Source: an uncultured Bifidobacteriaceae bacterium
GTDB lineage: Bacteria > Actinomycetota > Acidimicrobiia > IMCC26256 > JAENVU01
Assembly (NCBI GenBank): GCA_964544295.1
Contig: CAZJBJ010000001.1
Location: forward strand, 1 to 54,087
DNA: 54,087 nucleotides
Reading direction: 5' to 3'
In this document: piece by piece, positions 28,064 through 36,374 of the stretch
Layout of the letters: the number at the start of each line of letters is the position of its first letter
Numbering within the stretch: the first letter of the stretch is position 1
Notes under the pieces: model-generated
Told to the model about the DNA's origin: nothing
Database searches by the model: none
Seen by the model: the letters and a program-made list of their open reading frames with translations, nothing else
Position numbers and translations under genes: made by a program

Positions 28064-29107
28064 ATGCGCAAGCTCTTCATTGGCGTGGGCGCGCTGACGC
28101 TCGCTGCCACCTCGATTGGCGTCGGCACCAGTGCGTACGCCGCCGATCACCTCGATGCCCCGGCGGTCAAAACCGACGGTCGCACCGACATCAACGACGT
28201 CTACGCGTTCCGCTCACCCAACAACTCGGCCAACACCGTGCTGATCGCGACGGTGAATCCGCTCGCAGGAACGCAGAACGGCACGACGTTCCATCCTGAC
28301 GCCAAGTACCAGATCGTCGTCGACAACGACGGGGACGCACGATCGAACGGCTACATCGACTTCACCTTCGGCAAACCCTCCAAGTCCGGATCTCAGTCGG
28401 TCGAAGTCGAGTTCGACGTCGCGAAGAAGTACAAGGCCAAGGGCGACACCGACAAGGTGTTGTCGTTGAAGAAGTCCGACCAGGCCGTGGCGTGGGCCGG
28501 CCTCGCCGACGATCCGTTCTTCTTCGACCTGCAGGCGTTCAAGGACCAGGTCGTCGGTGAAGGCGGAGGTCGCACGTTCTGCGATGCCCATGCGACCAAC
28601 TTCTTCAAGGGACTGAACACGAACGCGATCGCGGTCGAAGTCCCGAGCCGGTGGCTCGGTGGCAACGCGATCGGCGTCTGGGGTCGTACTCGCCTCAACG
28701 GTGAGACGATCGACCGCATGGGTCGACCGGCGATCAACACCGTGTTCATTCCCGCCGCCGGGAAGGACGAGTTCAACCAGACCAAGCCCCAGAGTGACCG
28801 ATCCCGGTGGCTCTCGACCGTGGTCACCGGACTCAAGACCCTCAGTGGCCTCGATGGGACGGGCTACAACGACGAACAGGCGACGAGCATCGCCAACCTG
28901 TTGTTGCCCGATGTGCTCACCATCGACACGTCGTCGAACGCCGGTTTCGCGGACCTCAACGGCCGGAAACTCGACGACGACGTGATCGACACCGAGCTGA
29001 ACATCGTCACCGGTGGTCTCGGGGTCGGAGCCGTCCTCACCTCCGACTGTGTCGGGAACGACTCGGCCTTCACGGCGAGCTTCCCGTACCTCGCACCGAA
29101 GAACTGA
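28064..29107 (+). CDS. Secreted DUF4331 family protein
   Basis: ATG 28064 with a GGGAGG RBS. The Sec signal ends AYA-ADHLDAP, the conserved mature N-terminus of this family. Further blocks: DINDVYAF, ADDPFFFDL, DRMGRPAINTVFI and FPYLAP. Confidence 0.85.
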   Translation: MRKLFIGVGALTLAATSIGVGTSAYAADHLDAPAVKTDGRTDINDVYAFRSPNNSANTVLIATVNPLAGTQNGTTFHPDAKYQIVVDNDGDARSNGYIDFTFGKPSKSGSQSVEVEFDVAKKYKAKGDTDKVLSLKKSDQAVAWAGLADDPFFFDLQAFKDQVVGEGGGRTFCDAHATNFFKGLNTNAIAVEVPSRWLGGNAIGVWGRTRLNGETIDRMGRPAINTVFIPAAGKDEFNQTKPQSDRSRWLSTVVTGLKTLSGLDGTGYNDEQATSIANLLLPDVLTIDTSSNAGFADLNGRKLDDDVIDTELNIVTGGLGVGAVLTSDCVGNDSAFTASFPYLAPKN

Positions 29108-29120
29108 CCGCGTCGACGTC

Positions 29121-29151
29121 GGGGGTGGGCGGGTAATGCCCGCCCACCCCC
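29121..29151 (+). terminator. GC-rich intercistronic hairpin (attenuator or terminator-like)
   Basis: GGGGGTGGGCGGG-TAATG-CCCGCCCACCCCC forms a 13-bp stem 14 nt after the DUF4331 stop. No U-tract. Confidence 0.45.
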
Positions 29152-29177
29152 GACGCGCCACCCACGGAGCAGACACC

Positions 29178-30542
29178 ATGATCGTCCAGCCTGTGCTCGT
29201 CCCGAACCGCCACTTCCCGAACGCTGCTCGTGCTGCGCTCGTCGCCGTCGTCATCGCCGCGGTCATCGCGGTCGGGATCGCCGTGACCCGTCCCGATGCG
29301 CCCGGCCCGGTCGGCACGCCACTCCCGGATCCGGTCGTCATGCGTTCGGCATCGACGGGCACACCTGCGATTGCGACGACGGTCGGGTTCTGGGCGCAAC
29401 GGGTGGCTGCCGATCGGATCGACCTGCCCTCCCGGAGGTTCTACGCGCGATCCCTGATGGCCCAGGCCGCCGAGTCGGGCGACCTCACGGGCTACGAGGC
29501 GGCCGAGGAACAGTTCCGCACGGCAGTTGCGCAGAGCCCTCGGGACGCCCAGTCCCTGCTCGGGCTCGCCGGCGCGCTCGCGGCGCAACATGAATTCGCG
29601 ACGACAGCATCGCTCGCTCGGCAAGTTCTCGACCGCGATCCGGCGTCGATACCGGCTCGCGTCAGCCTTGGCGATGCGCAGTTCGAACTCGGCCAGTACC
29701 GGGCGGCCCGTGCCACCTACGACGGGCTCGCGGCGATGTTGCCCGGCTCGGGCACCGTCGCAAGCCGCGCCGCACGGGTCGCGCAGCTCGACGGCGACGC
29801 GACGAGGGCCGTCGACGCCGCCCGCCGCGCTCTCATCGCCGTCGGCGACCTCGATCAGCGGCCGGCCGACGCCGCGTTCTACTGGTTCCAGCTCGCGAAC
29901 TACGAGCTCCAAGCGGGACGAATCGTCGATGCGGGCAAGCACCTCGAAGCGGGGCTGCGGATCGCACCCCGACACCTTCCCAGCCTCGAACTCCTCGCCC
30001 GTGTCCGCGTGGAGCAAGGCCGGTTGCCCGAAGCCCGACGCCGCTACCGGAGTCTGGTCACCACCACACCTGCAGCGGATCTGCACGGTGAGCTGGCGAA
30101 GGTCGAACGCGCGCTCGGGCACACCGCGGCCGCACGCGAACAGGTTGCGCTGGGGCTCCGAGTCGGTCACGAGCAACTCGGACGGTTCCCGGCGGAGCGA
30201 CGCCACCTCGCGTCGTTCTTCGCCGACACGGAACCGGCGACCGCTCTGGCCGCCGCGCGCACCGACTTCGCGGCCCGTCAGGACATTCACTCCGCCGGAA
30301 TCCTCGCGTGGGCCGAATACCGCACCGGCCACCTCGCGGCCGCCGTCCGCCACTCGCGCGCCGCGCTCCGATTCGGCACGGCCGACCCCGTGCTGCGGGC
30401 CCAGGGCGGGCTCATCGAGGCCCGGGCCGGTCACGACACCCGGGCCCGACGGCTCCTCACCGCGGCGCTGCGAGACCGACCGAACTACGACCTCGAGTGG
30501 GCACCCCGGGCGCGGGCCGCCCTGGACCGACTCGAGGACTGA
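29178..30542 (+). CDS. Membrane-anchored tetratricopeptide (TPR) repeat protein
   Basis: ATG 29178 was chosen because ATG 29136 lies in the hairpin loop. TM helix (ALVAVVIAAVIAVGIAV), then repeated A/L/R-rich helix pairs typical of TPR. Confidence 0.75.
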   Translation: MIVQPVLVPNRHFPNAARAALVAVVIAAVIAVGIAVTRPDAPGPVGTPLPDPVVMRSASTGTPAIATTVGFWAQRVAADRIDLPSRRFYARSLMAQAAESGDLTGYEAAEEQFRTAVAQSPRDAQSLLGLAGALAAQHEFATTASLARQVLDRDPASIPARVSLGDAQFELGQYRAARATYDGLAAMLPGSGTVASRAARVAQLDGDATRAVDAARRALIAVGDLDQRPADAAFYWFQLANYELQAGRIVDAGKHLEAGLRIAPRHLPSLELLARVRVEQGRLPEARRRYRSLVTTTPAADLHGELAKVERALGHTAAAREQVALGLRVGHEQLGRFPAERRHLASFFADTEPATALAAARTDFAARQDIHSAGILAWAEYRTGHLAAAVRHSRAALRFGTADPVLRAQGGLIEARAGHDTRARRLLTAALRDRPNYDLEWAPRARAALDRLED

Positions 30543-30631
30543 CCGACTCGCCCCTCGCTCCACCTGAGTCGCCCGGACGTCGGAGTTCGTACGCGCACCA
30601 CCCGGTCCAAGACTCCGGCGATCGAGGCGCC

Positions 30632-31723
30632 TCAGACTCCGGACACGGCATCGAGCCGGAGGTATTCCTCACTCGTGTCGACGTGGTCTTCGAAGTCGAT
30701 CACGCCGAGTTCGGTGAAGCGGTCGCGCAGCCACCGGTCGCGACCGTCGAGCAGGCCGAGCTTCTTGCAGTTCGGCACGATCTTGGCGAACAGCATGCGC
30801 TGGAACAGCACCTCCTCCTCGCTCTGTTGCCGCACGAAGTAGGGCACGATCTCGCGGGGTGACACGCCGAGTCGTTCCCACACCTCCTGGTGCAGGAACC
30901 GGTCGCGCATGCGCACCGCGGCCTCGAAGACGAACTCCTGGCGTTCGCGCAGCTCCGGACCGGAGATCTCGGCGTAGGCCTCCTGGAGGCTCAACACTCC
31001 GAACGCGACGTGGCGCGCCTCGTCCGACATCACGTACCGCAACAGCTGTTTGAGGAGCGGCTCGTTCGTCGTCTGGTACATCGCGCCGAACGCGGCGAGG
31101 GCGAGCCCTTCGACCATGATCTGCATGCCGAGGTAGGTGATGTCCCACCGTGAGTCGGACAGGATGTCGTCGATCAGCGCGCCGAGGTGCGCGTTCATCG
31201 GATACCGCGTGTCGAGCTTCTCGTCGAGGTACCGCGCGAACACCTCCACATGGCGGGCTTCGTCCATCACCTGGGTCGACGCGTAGTACTTGGCGTCGAT
31301 CCAGGGGACGGTCTCCACGATCCGAGCGGTGCAGAGCAACGCACCCTGCTCCCCATGGAGGAACTGGCTCGCCCGGTGGGCCAGGTTCTCGACCGCGTAC
31401 CGGTTGAACTCCTGCTCGCCCCAGCGGGCGACCGGCGAGCCCTTCTCGTCCATGATCGCCCGCACGTACTTCATACGGCCGTCGCGCGCACCGAGCTCGA
31501 CCGCGGTCCGTTCGGGATCCACATCGATCGACCAGTCGAGATCCGTCGAACCGTTCCACTGGCCGGTCTTGGCCTTCTCGTACAGCTTCTCGAGCTGCGG
31601 GCGTGCGCCCTTGGCGTAGTCCGAAGTGAACAGGGCTCCGGCGTCGGAACTCACACCGTGGAGCGTTTCGTCAGGCGCGGCATTGGTCATCGCGAGGATG
31701 GCGTCGACATCGTTGAGGTCCAT
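30632..31723 (-). CDS. Ferritin-like diiron oxygenase (AurF-like family)
   Basis: ATG 31723. Two E-x-x-H diiron motifs (MDEARHVEVF and SDEARHVAFG) in a helical-bundle-sized protein. Confidence 0.8.
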   Translation of the reverse strand: MDLNDVDAILAMTNAAPDETLHGVSSDAGALFTSDYAKGARPQLEKLYEKAKTGQWNGSTDLDWSIDVDPERTAVELGARDGRMKYVRAIMDEKGSPVARWGEQEFNRYAVENLAHRASQFLHGEQGALLCTARIVETVPWIDAKYYASTQVMDEARHVEVFARYLDEKLDTRYPMNAHLGALIDDILSDSRWDITYLGMQIMVEGLALAAFGAMYQTTNEPLLKQLLRYVMSDEARHVAFGVLSLQEAYAEISGPELRERQEFVFEAAVRMRDRFLHQEVWERLGVSPREIVPYFVRQQSEEEVLFQRMLFAKIVPNCKKLGLLDGRDRWLRDRFTELGVIDFEDHVDTSEEYLRLDAVSGV

Positions 31724-31874
31724 CGCCGCACCGTACGGGCGAGGGTCACCGGTGGTCAACGAGTCGTCGCTCACCTGGCGCGCCCAGCGGTTGACGCGAC
31801 GGGCGGACGGCGCGACGATCACGGTCTCCGAGGCAGGGAGGGCAGATGAGAGCATCATCCAGTGAGTTCGCCGC

Positions 31875-32666
31875 ATGAGCGCGACCTTCGTCGTCACGCG
31901 CGGCTGGGCGTTGGTGTTCGTACTCGGCGGTACGGCCCTGCTGCTCATCGTCGCACGGGCGATCATCGGCACCCGACCACCCGAAGGGGCAACTCCCGCG
32001 ATGGCTCGGCGACGGGGCCTCGGCGGCCTGGTGATCGGGACCGACGGTCGCGCCTCGACATCGAAGGTCCAGGCGGTGCTGTGGACGTTCGCCGTCTTCT
32101 TCGCGATCACATTCCTCCTGATCTGGGGCCGCTCGTCGGGTTGTGACGCCGAGAATCCGCCGGGCGAGTGCCGGGAAGCGGCGCAGGCTCGCGCCGCATT
32201 CGAGAGGCTCGTCGACCATGGGATTCAGGGTCAGTACTTCGTGCTCATGGGATTCCCGGTCGCGGTGGCGATCGCGGCCAAGGCGATGACGCAGGCGCAG
32301 GTCGACGACCATGGCGACGACACGAAGCCGGCCATCGACGACGATCGCGATGGCATCATCCAGGGCCTCCGTGAGGTCGCGTCGAACGATCACGGCGAGC
32401 TCGACCTGCTCGACTTCCAATACTTCGTCTTCAACCTGTTGGCCCTGGCGTTCTTCTTCGTCGAGTTCCTGACCCACCCGGGCCAGGGGCTTCCCGATCT
32501 GCCGGCGACCCTCGTCGCACTGACCGGGGTCTCGGCCGCCGGCTACACCACGAAGAAGGGCCTGATCGCGGCCGCACCACCGAAGCCGACGGCACGCCGT
32601 CGGCGGGGCGATGCCGCAGAGCGCGACGCGACCCCGGGCGCGACCGGGACGGAGCCCGTCACATGA
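31875..32666 (+). CDS. Hypothetical 4-TM membrane protein
   Basis: TM helices WALVFVLGGTALLLIV, VLWTFAVFFAITFLLIW, YFVLMGFPVAVAIAA and FVFNLLALAFFFVEF. Acidic loop and basic tail. No family recognised. Confidence 0.6.
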   Translation: MSATFVVTRGWALVFVLGGTALLLIVARAIIGTRPPEGATPAMARRRGLGGLVIGTDGRASTSKVQAVLWTFAVFFAITFLLIWGRSSGCDAENPPGECREAAQARAAFERLVDHGIQGQYFVLMGFPVAVAIAAKAMTQAQVDDHGDDTKPAIDDDRDGIIQGLREVASNDHGELDLLDFQYFVFNLLALAFFFVEFLTHPGQGLPDLPATLVALTGVSAAGYTTKKGLIAAAPPKPTARRRRGDAAERDATPGATGTEPVT

Positions 32667-33313
32667 CGGCTGCGAGGACCCGTGGGCGCACCGCGGCCGG
32701 CCTCAGCGGCGTGATCGTGGCGGCCAGCGCGTTCGGCATCACCGCGCTCGATCACGCGTCCCGACCGGTCCGGCGCACCCCCACACCCGCGACCCGCACC
32801 AACCACGTCGAACGGGATCTGGAACCCACCGTGCGCTGCGGCCGCCAACGGTGGGCGGTCAAGACCGCGACCGACCCAGCCGCCGCCTCGATCGATCTGC
32901 AGACCGTGAAGTCCACGACGATCGCCCGACTGAGCTCGCTCCCCCGGCCCGCAAATACGGGCACCCGCACAGCACCGGTCGAGACGACGATCTACTCCGT
33001 CCGCGCGACGTTGACGACGTACCTCCGCGAAGACGACAGCGACTACCACCTCGTGCTCGAAGACACCCGCGGGAACACGATGATCGCCGAGATGCCGTCG
33101 CCCGACTGCGCCGTCGGGAGTCGACTCCGCCGCGAGATCACCGCGGTCCGAGGCGCGTTCGACCGGAAGTTCGCGGTGTCCGGCTCGGCCAAGTCGGTGT
33201 CGCAACGCGTCACCGTGACCGGGGTCGGCTTCTTCGACTTCGTCCACACGCAGACCGGCGTCGCCGACAACGCCATCGAGCTGCATCCCGTGACCGAGAT
33301 CCACTTCGGCTGA
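32663..33313 (+). CDS. Hypothetical exported protein (family not recognised)
   Basis: The ATG overlaps the previous stop (ATGA). Signal/anchor LSGVIVAASAFGITAL. Blocks CGRQRWAVKT, DDSDYHLVLED and GVGFFDFVHTQTGVADNAIELHPV. Two Cys. Confidence 0.6.
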   Translation: MTAARTRGRTAAGLSGVIVAASAFGITALDHASRPVRRTPTPATRTNHVERDLEPTVRCGRQRWAVKTATDPAAASIDLQTVKSTTIARLSSLPRPANTGTRTAPVETTIYSVRATLTTYLREDDSDYHLVLEDTRGNTMIAEMPSPDCAVGSRLRREITAVRGAFDRKFAVSGSAKSVSQRVTVTGVGFFDFVHTQTGVADNAIELHPVTEIHFG

Positions 33314-33412
33314 TCGGGCAGGCGCACGACCCCGCCCGCCCGCCATCGGCACCAGGTCGCTTCCGCCCGGGAGACCCTACGATCCCCGCACCGGCGAGCG
33401 ACGGGAGCAACG

Positions 33413-34216
33413 ATGCAACTCGACAGTGCCCACGTGGTCCTCACCGGAGCGAGCCGCGGTATCGGTCGCGAACTCGTCCACGTCCTCGCCGACCGCGGCG
33501 CGCGGCTGGCGCTCGTCGCCCGCGACGCCGACGCGCTGGACGCGCTCGTCGGCGCCATCGGTGAGACGCGCGCGGCCGCATACCCCTGCGATCTCGGTGA
33601 CCCGACGGCGATCGACGGTCTGATCGCTCGCATCGAGGCCGACCGAGGCGCGGTGGACGTGCTCGTCAACAACGCCGGGCTCGACCACACCGGCTCGTTC
33701 ACGGCCATGACGGCCGCGCAACTTCGCGCCGTGGTGGGTGTGAACCTCATCGCCACCGCGGAGCTCTGTCGGCAGATCCTGCCGGGCATGACCGGGCGCA
33801 GTCGCGGGCACGTCGTCAACGTGTCGAGCATCGGCGGATCACTCCCGAGCGCGGGCGTCATCGCCTACTGCGCGACGAAGGCGGGGGTGAACCAGTTCAC
33901 CGCCGGTCTGCGCGCCGAACTCAAGCACACCGGGGTCGGGACCACGCTCGTGGAGGTCGGCCCGGTCGCCACCGAGATGATGGATCACCTGCGGGAGTAC
34001 GCGCCGACGGCGAACGGCGTGCGTCGGCTCGAACGCCTCGGCCTCTCCCGGGACCTCGACCCGCACGTCGTCGCGGTGGCCATGGCCGATGCGATCGCGT
34101 CCGACCGGCCCCACCTGCGGATGCCGAAACGTCAGGCCCCGATCTCGGCCATCGCCGAACTCCCCCGCCGCATCGGCTCCCTGATCACCCTCGGCCTCAC
34201 AACCTCCGCGAGCTAG
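33413..34216 (+). CDS. Short-chain dehydrogenase/reductase (SDR)
   Basis: TGASRGIGRE, NNAG and catalytic YCATKAG (Y-x3-K). Confidence 0.9.
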   Translation: MQLDSAHVVLTGASRGIGRELVHVLADRGARLALVARDADALDALVGAIGETRAAAYPCDLGDPTAIDGLIARIEADRGAVDVLVNNAGLDHTGSFTAMTAAQLRAVVGVNLIATAELCRQILPGMTGRSRGHVVNVSSIGGSLPSAGVIAYCATKAGVNQFTAGLRAELKHTGVGTTLVEVGPVATEMMDHLREYAPTANGVRRLERLGLSRDLDPHVVAVAMADAIASDRPHLRMPKRQAPISAIAELPRRIGSLITLGLTTSAS

Positions 34217-35250
34217 CGCTTGTCAGCCTTCAGGCCCTCGATCACCGCGGCCCAGCGTTCGCGATCGGCTTCGTAGGGGGCGTAGAACGAGAGCCGGTCG
34301 ACGATGTCGCCGTAGCGCGCCGAGAGTTCGGCGGCGATCGACTCGGGCGCACCGACCACGGCGAACGTCTCGAGGATTTCGTCGTCGATGAGCTCGCCCA
34401 TCTCGACCCACTTCCCCTGCTTCGAGAGCGCGTTGAGGTCGGTCTGGAGATCACCCCAGCCGTGCAGTTCCAGCACGCCCCGGTACGCGGGGGTCGATCC
34501 GTAGAACGCGATCTGCTGCTTGGTTCCCGCGCGAGCCTTCTCCATCTGCTCGTCGTTCGTCCCGGTGACGACGAAGAGCGGCCCGGAGAGCTGGAAGTCG
34601 GCCCGGGTCTTGCCAGCCTTCTCCCAGCCGCGGGCGAGCGCCGGGAGGGTCACCTCGCGGACGTACCGCTCAGTGGTGAAACCGTGCAGGATGATGCCGT
34701 CGCACACCTCGCCCGCGACCTCGGTCATCTTCTCGCCGACCGCCGCGAGGAACACCTTCGGCGGGCCCCACTCGATCGGACCCGGGTTGAAGAACGGCGT
34801 CATCAGGGTGTGGCGGTAGAACTCGCCCTCGAACTGCAGCGGCGTCCCGTCCTGCCAGTTGGCCCAGATCGCCCGCATCGCCAGCACCAGCTCGCGCATG
34901 CGCGCCGCGGGCGACGACCACGGCATCGAGAACCGCTTCTCGATGTGCGGCTTGATCTGGCTGCCCAACCCGAGAATGAACCGGCCACCGGAATAGCCCT
35001 GCAGATCCCACGCGGTGTTGGCGAGCGTCATCGGGCTGCGGGCGAACGCCACCGCGATCCCGGTGCCCAACTCGATGCGCTCGGTGTGTTCGGCCGCGAT
35101 CAGTAGCGGATAGAACGGGTCGTGGTTGGTCTCGGCCGACCAGATCCCGTCGTAGCCGAGTTCCTCCTGTGCTCGGGCCGCCGACCCGATCCCTGCCAGA
35201 CCCTGTGCCCCACTCGCCGAGATCGAACCGATCCCCCCATCGACCTTCAT
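34213..35250 (-). CDS. LLM class F420-dependent oxidoreductase
   Basis: ATG 35250 with a GAAGGAGG RBS. GYDGIWSAETNHDPF, LGTGIAVAFARSP and GRFILGLGSQ. Confidence 0.88.
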   Translation of the reverse strand: MKVDGGIGSISASGAQGLAGIGSAARAQEELGYDGIWSAETNHDPFYPLLIAAEHTERIELGTGIAVAFARSPMTLANTAWDLQGYSGGRFILGLGSQIKPHIEKRFSMPWSSPAARMRELVLAMRAIWANWQDGTPLQFEGEFYRHTLMTPFFNPGPIEWGPPKVFLAAVGEKMTEVAGEVCDGIILHGFTTERYVREVTLPALARGWEKAGKTRADFQLSGPLFVVTGTNDEQMEKARAGTKQQIAFYGSTPAYRGVLELHGWGDLQTDLNALSKQGKWVEMGELIDDEILETFAVVGAPESIAAELSARYGDIVDRLSFYAPYEADRERWAAVIEGLKADKR

Positions 35251-35289
35251 ACGTCCTCCTTCAGACCGGCCGGAGGTTATCGACCACGC

Positions 35290-35332
35290 CTTCATGGTGT
35301 GGGTTCGCACCGAAACGGTGAGATCTCACCCC
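35290..35332 (+). repeat. 43-bp direct repeat, left copy (contains palindrome GGTGAGATCTCACC)
   Basis: CTTCATGGTGTGGGTTCGCACCGAAACGGTGAGATCTCACCCC recurs at 36273-36315 with one mismatch. Confidence 0.9.
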
Positions 35333-35368
35333 ATGAAGCAACACCGCGTGTCACACCCCGCGAGTTGG

Positions 35369-36304
35369 ATGGTCGATATGTCCACTTCTCCGGTCACTCA
35401 GCTCGAGCGCTTCGCGGCGCAGCGGTACGGCGTCTTCACCGCGACCGAGGCCGAGGCTCACCACGTCAGCCGCCGGATGATCTCGGCCCGCCTGGACAAC
35501 GGCCGGTGGCAGCGCGTGCTCCCGAACGTCTACCGGGTCAGCGCGGTGCCGGTCAGCTTCCGGCAGCGGTGCCTGGCCGCGACGCTCTGGGCGGGTGGCC
35601 GTCTGTCCCACGTCTGCGCCGGACGGTTGTGGCAGTTCGAAGGGATCGTCACCCAGGCACTCCACCTGACGGTCGGTCGCAACCGAGGTCTGAGCCACGC
35701 CGATGTGATCGTCCACCGGACCGACGACCTGATCGATGCCGACCTCGCGACCATGCACCGCATTGCCGTGACCTCTCCGCTGCGCACCGTGCTCGACCTC
35801 GCGGCGACAACCCCGGCTCCGGCGCTCGAGGTGGCCATCGAAGATGCGTTGCGCCGCCAGCTCTTCACCGTCGGCCAACTGCGATGGCGGGCGGATGCAC
35901 GACTCGGCACCGGCGTCGCGGGATCAGCACGGATCCGTCGACTTCTCGATCGACGCTTGGGCGACACCGACAGTGGGTGGGAGGTCCGGGTCGCCCGCGC
36001 CCTGACCGACGGCGGATTGCCGGAACCGGTCCGCCAGTACGAGGTCCGCACCATGGACGGGCCTCGCTGGGTGGATCTCGCGTATCCGGGCCATCCGCCT
36101 GTCGTCATCGAGTACGACAGCGATCGGTGGCACACCGGCGTCGCCCGTCGCCATCGCGACGCGGCTCGTCGGAACGCGTTGCGGCTCGCCGGCGCCACGG
36201 TGGTCGAGGTCACGCCTGATCTCGCCGGGGACCCCCGACGGTTGGTGAGCCTGGTGCGGACCGCGCTCGATGCTTCATGGTGTGAGTTCGCACCGAAACG
36301 GTGA
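35369..36304 (+). CDS. AbiEi-like wHTH / DUF559 (Vsr-like endonuclease domain) protein
   Basis: N-terminal GVFTATEAEAHHVSRRMISARLDNGRWQRVLPNVYR. C-terminal VDLAYPGHPPVVIEYDSDRWH..RRNALRLAGATVVEV. Start is ATG 35369 or 35378. The last ~10 codons lie in the right repeat. Confidence 0.8.
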   Translation: MVDMSTSPVTQLERFAAQRYGVFTATEAEAHHVSRRMISARLDNGRWQRVLPNVYRVSAVPVSFRQRCLAATLWAGGRLSHVCAGRLWQFEGIVTQALHLTVGRNRGLSHADVIVHRTDDLIDADLATMHRIAVTSPLRTVLDLAATTPAPALEVAIEDALRRQLFTVGQLRWRADARLGTGVAGSARIRRLLDRRLGDTDSGWEVRVARALTDGGLPEPVRQYEVRTMDGPRWVDLAYPGHPPVVIEYDSDRWHTGVARRHRDAARRNALRLAGATVVEVTPDLAGDPRRLVSLVRTALDASWCEFAPKR

Positions 36305-36315
36305 GATCTCACCCC
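36273..36315 (+). repeat. 43-bp direct repeat, right copy
   Basis: CTTCATGGTGTGAGTTCGCACCGAAACGGTGAGATCTCACCCC has one G>A difference from the left copy. Confidence 0.9.
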
Positions 36316-36374
36316 GAGCAGGGCCGGCGACGGTCATCCCGGCGGTGGTCACACCTCCCCGGTACCCTGGCCCC

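Noticed and set aside
26092-33313. Whole 26-33 kb patch considered as a genomic island, prophage remnant or biosynthetic gene cluster
   Set aside because: There are no integrase, tRNA or flanking repeats and no core biosynthetic enzymes. Only the 26092..26772 ORF shows a clear compositional break. The other genes are treated as separate observations.
35300-35320. LexA/SOS box inside the 43-bp repeat (GTTCGCACCGAAAC)
   Set aside because: The half-site orientation and spacing (GTTC-N5-GAAAC) do not match the actinobacterial TCGAAC-N4-GTTCGA consensus.
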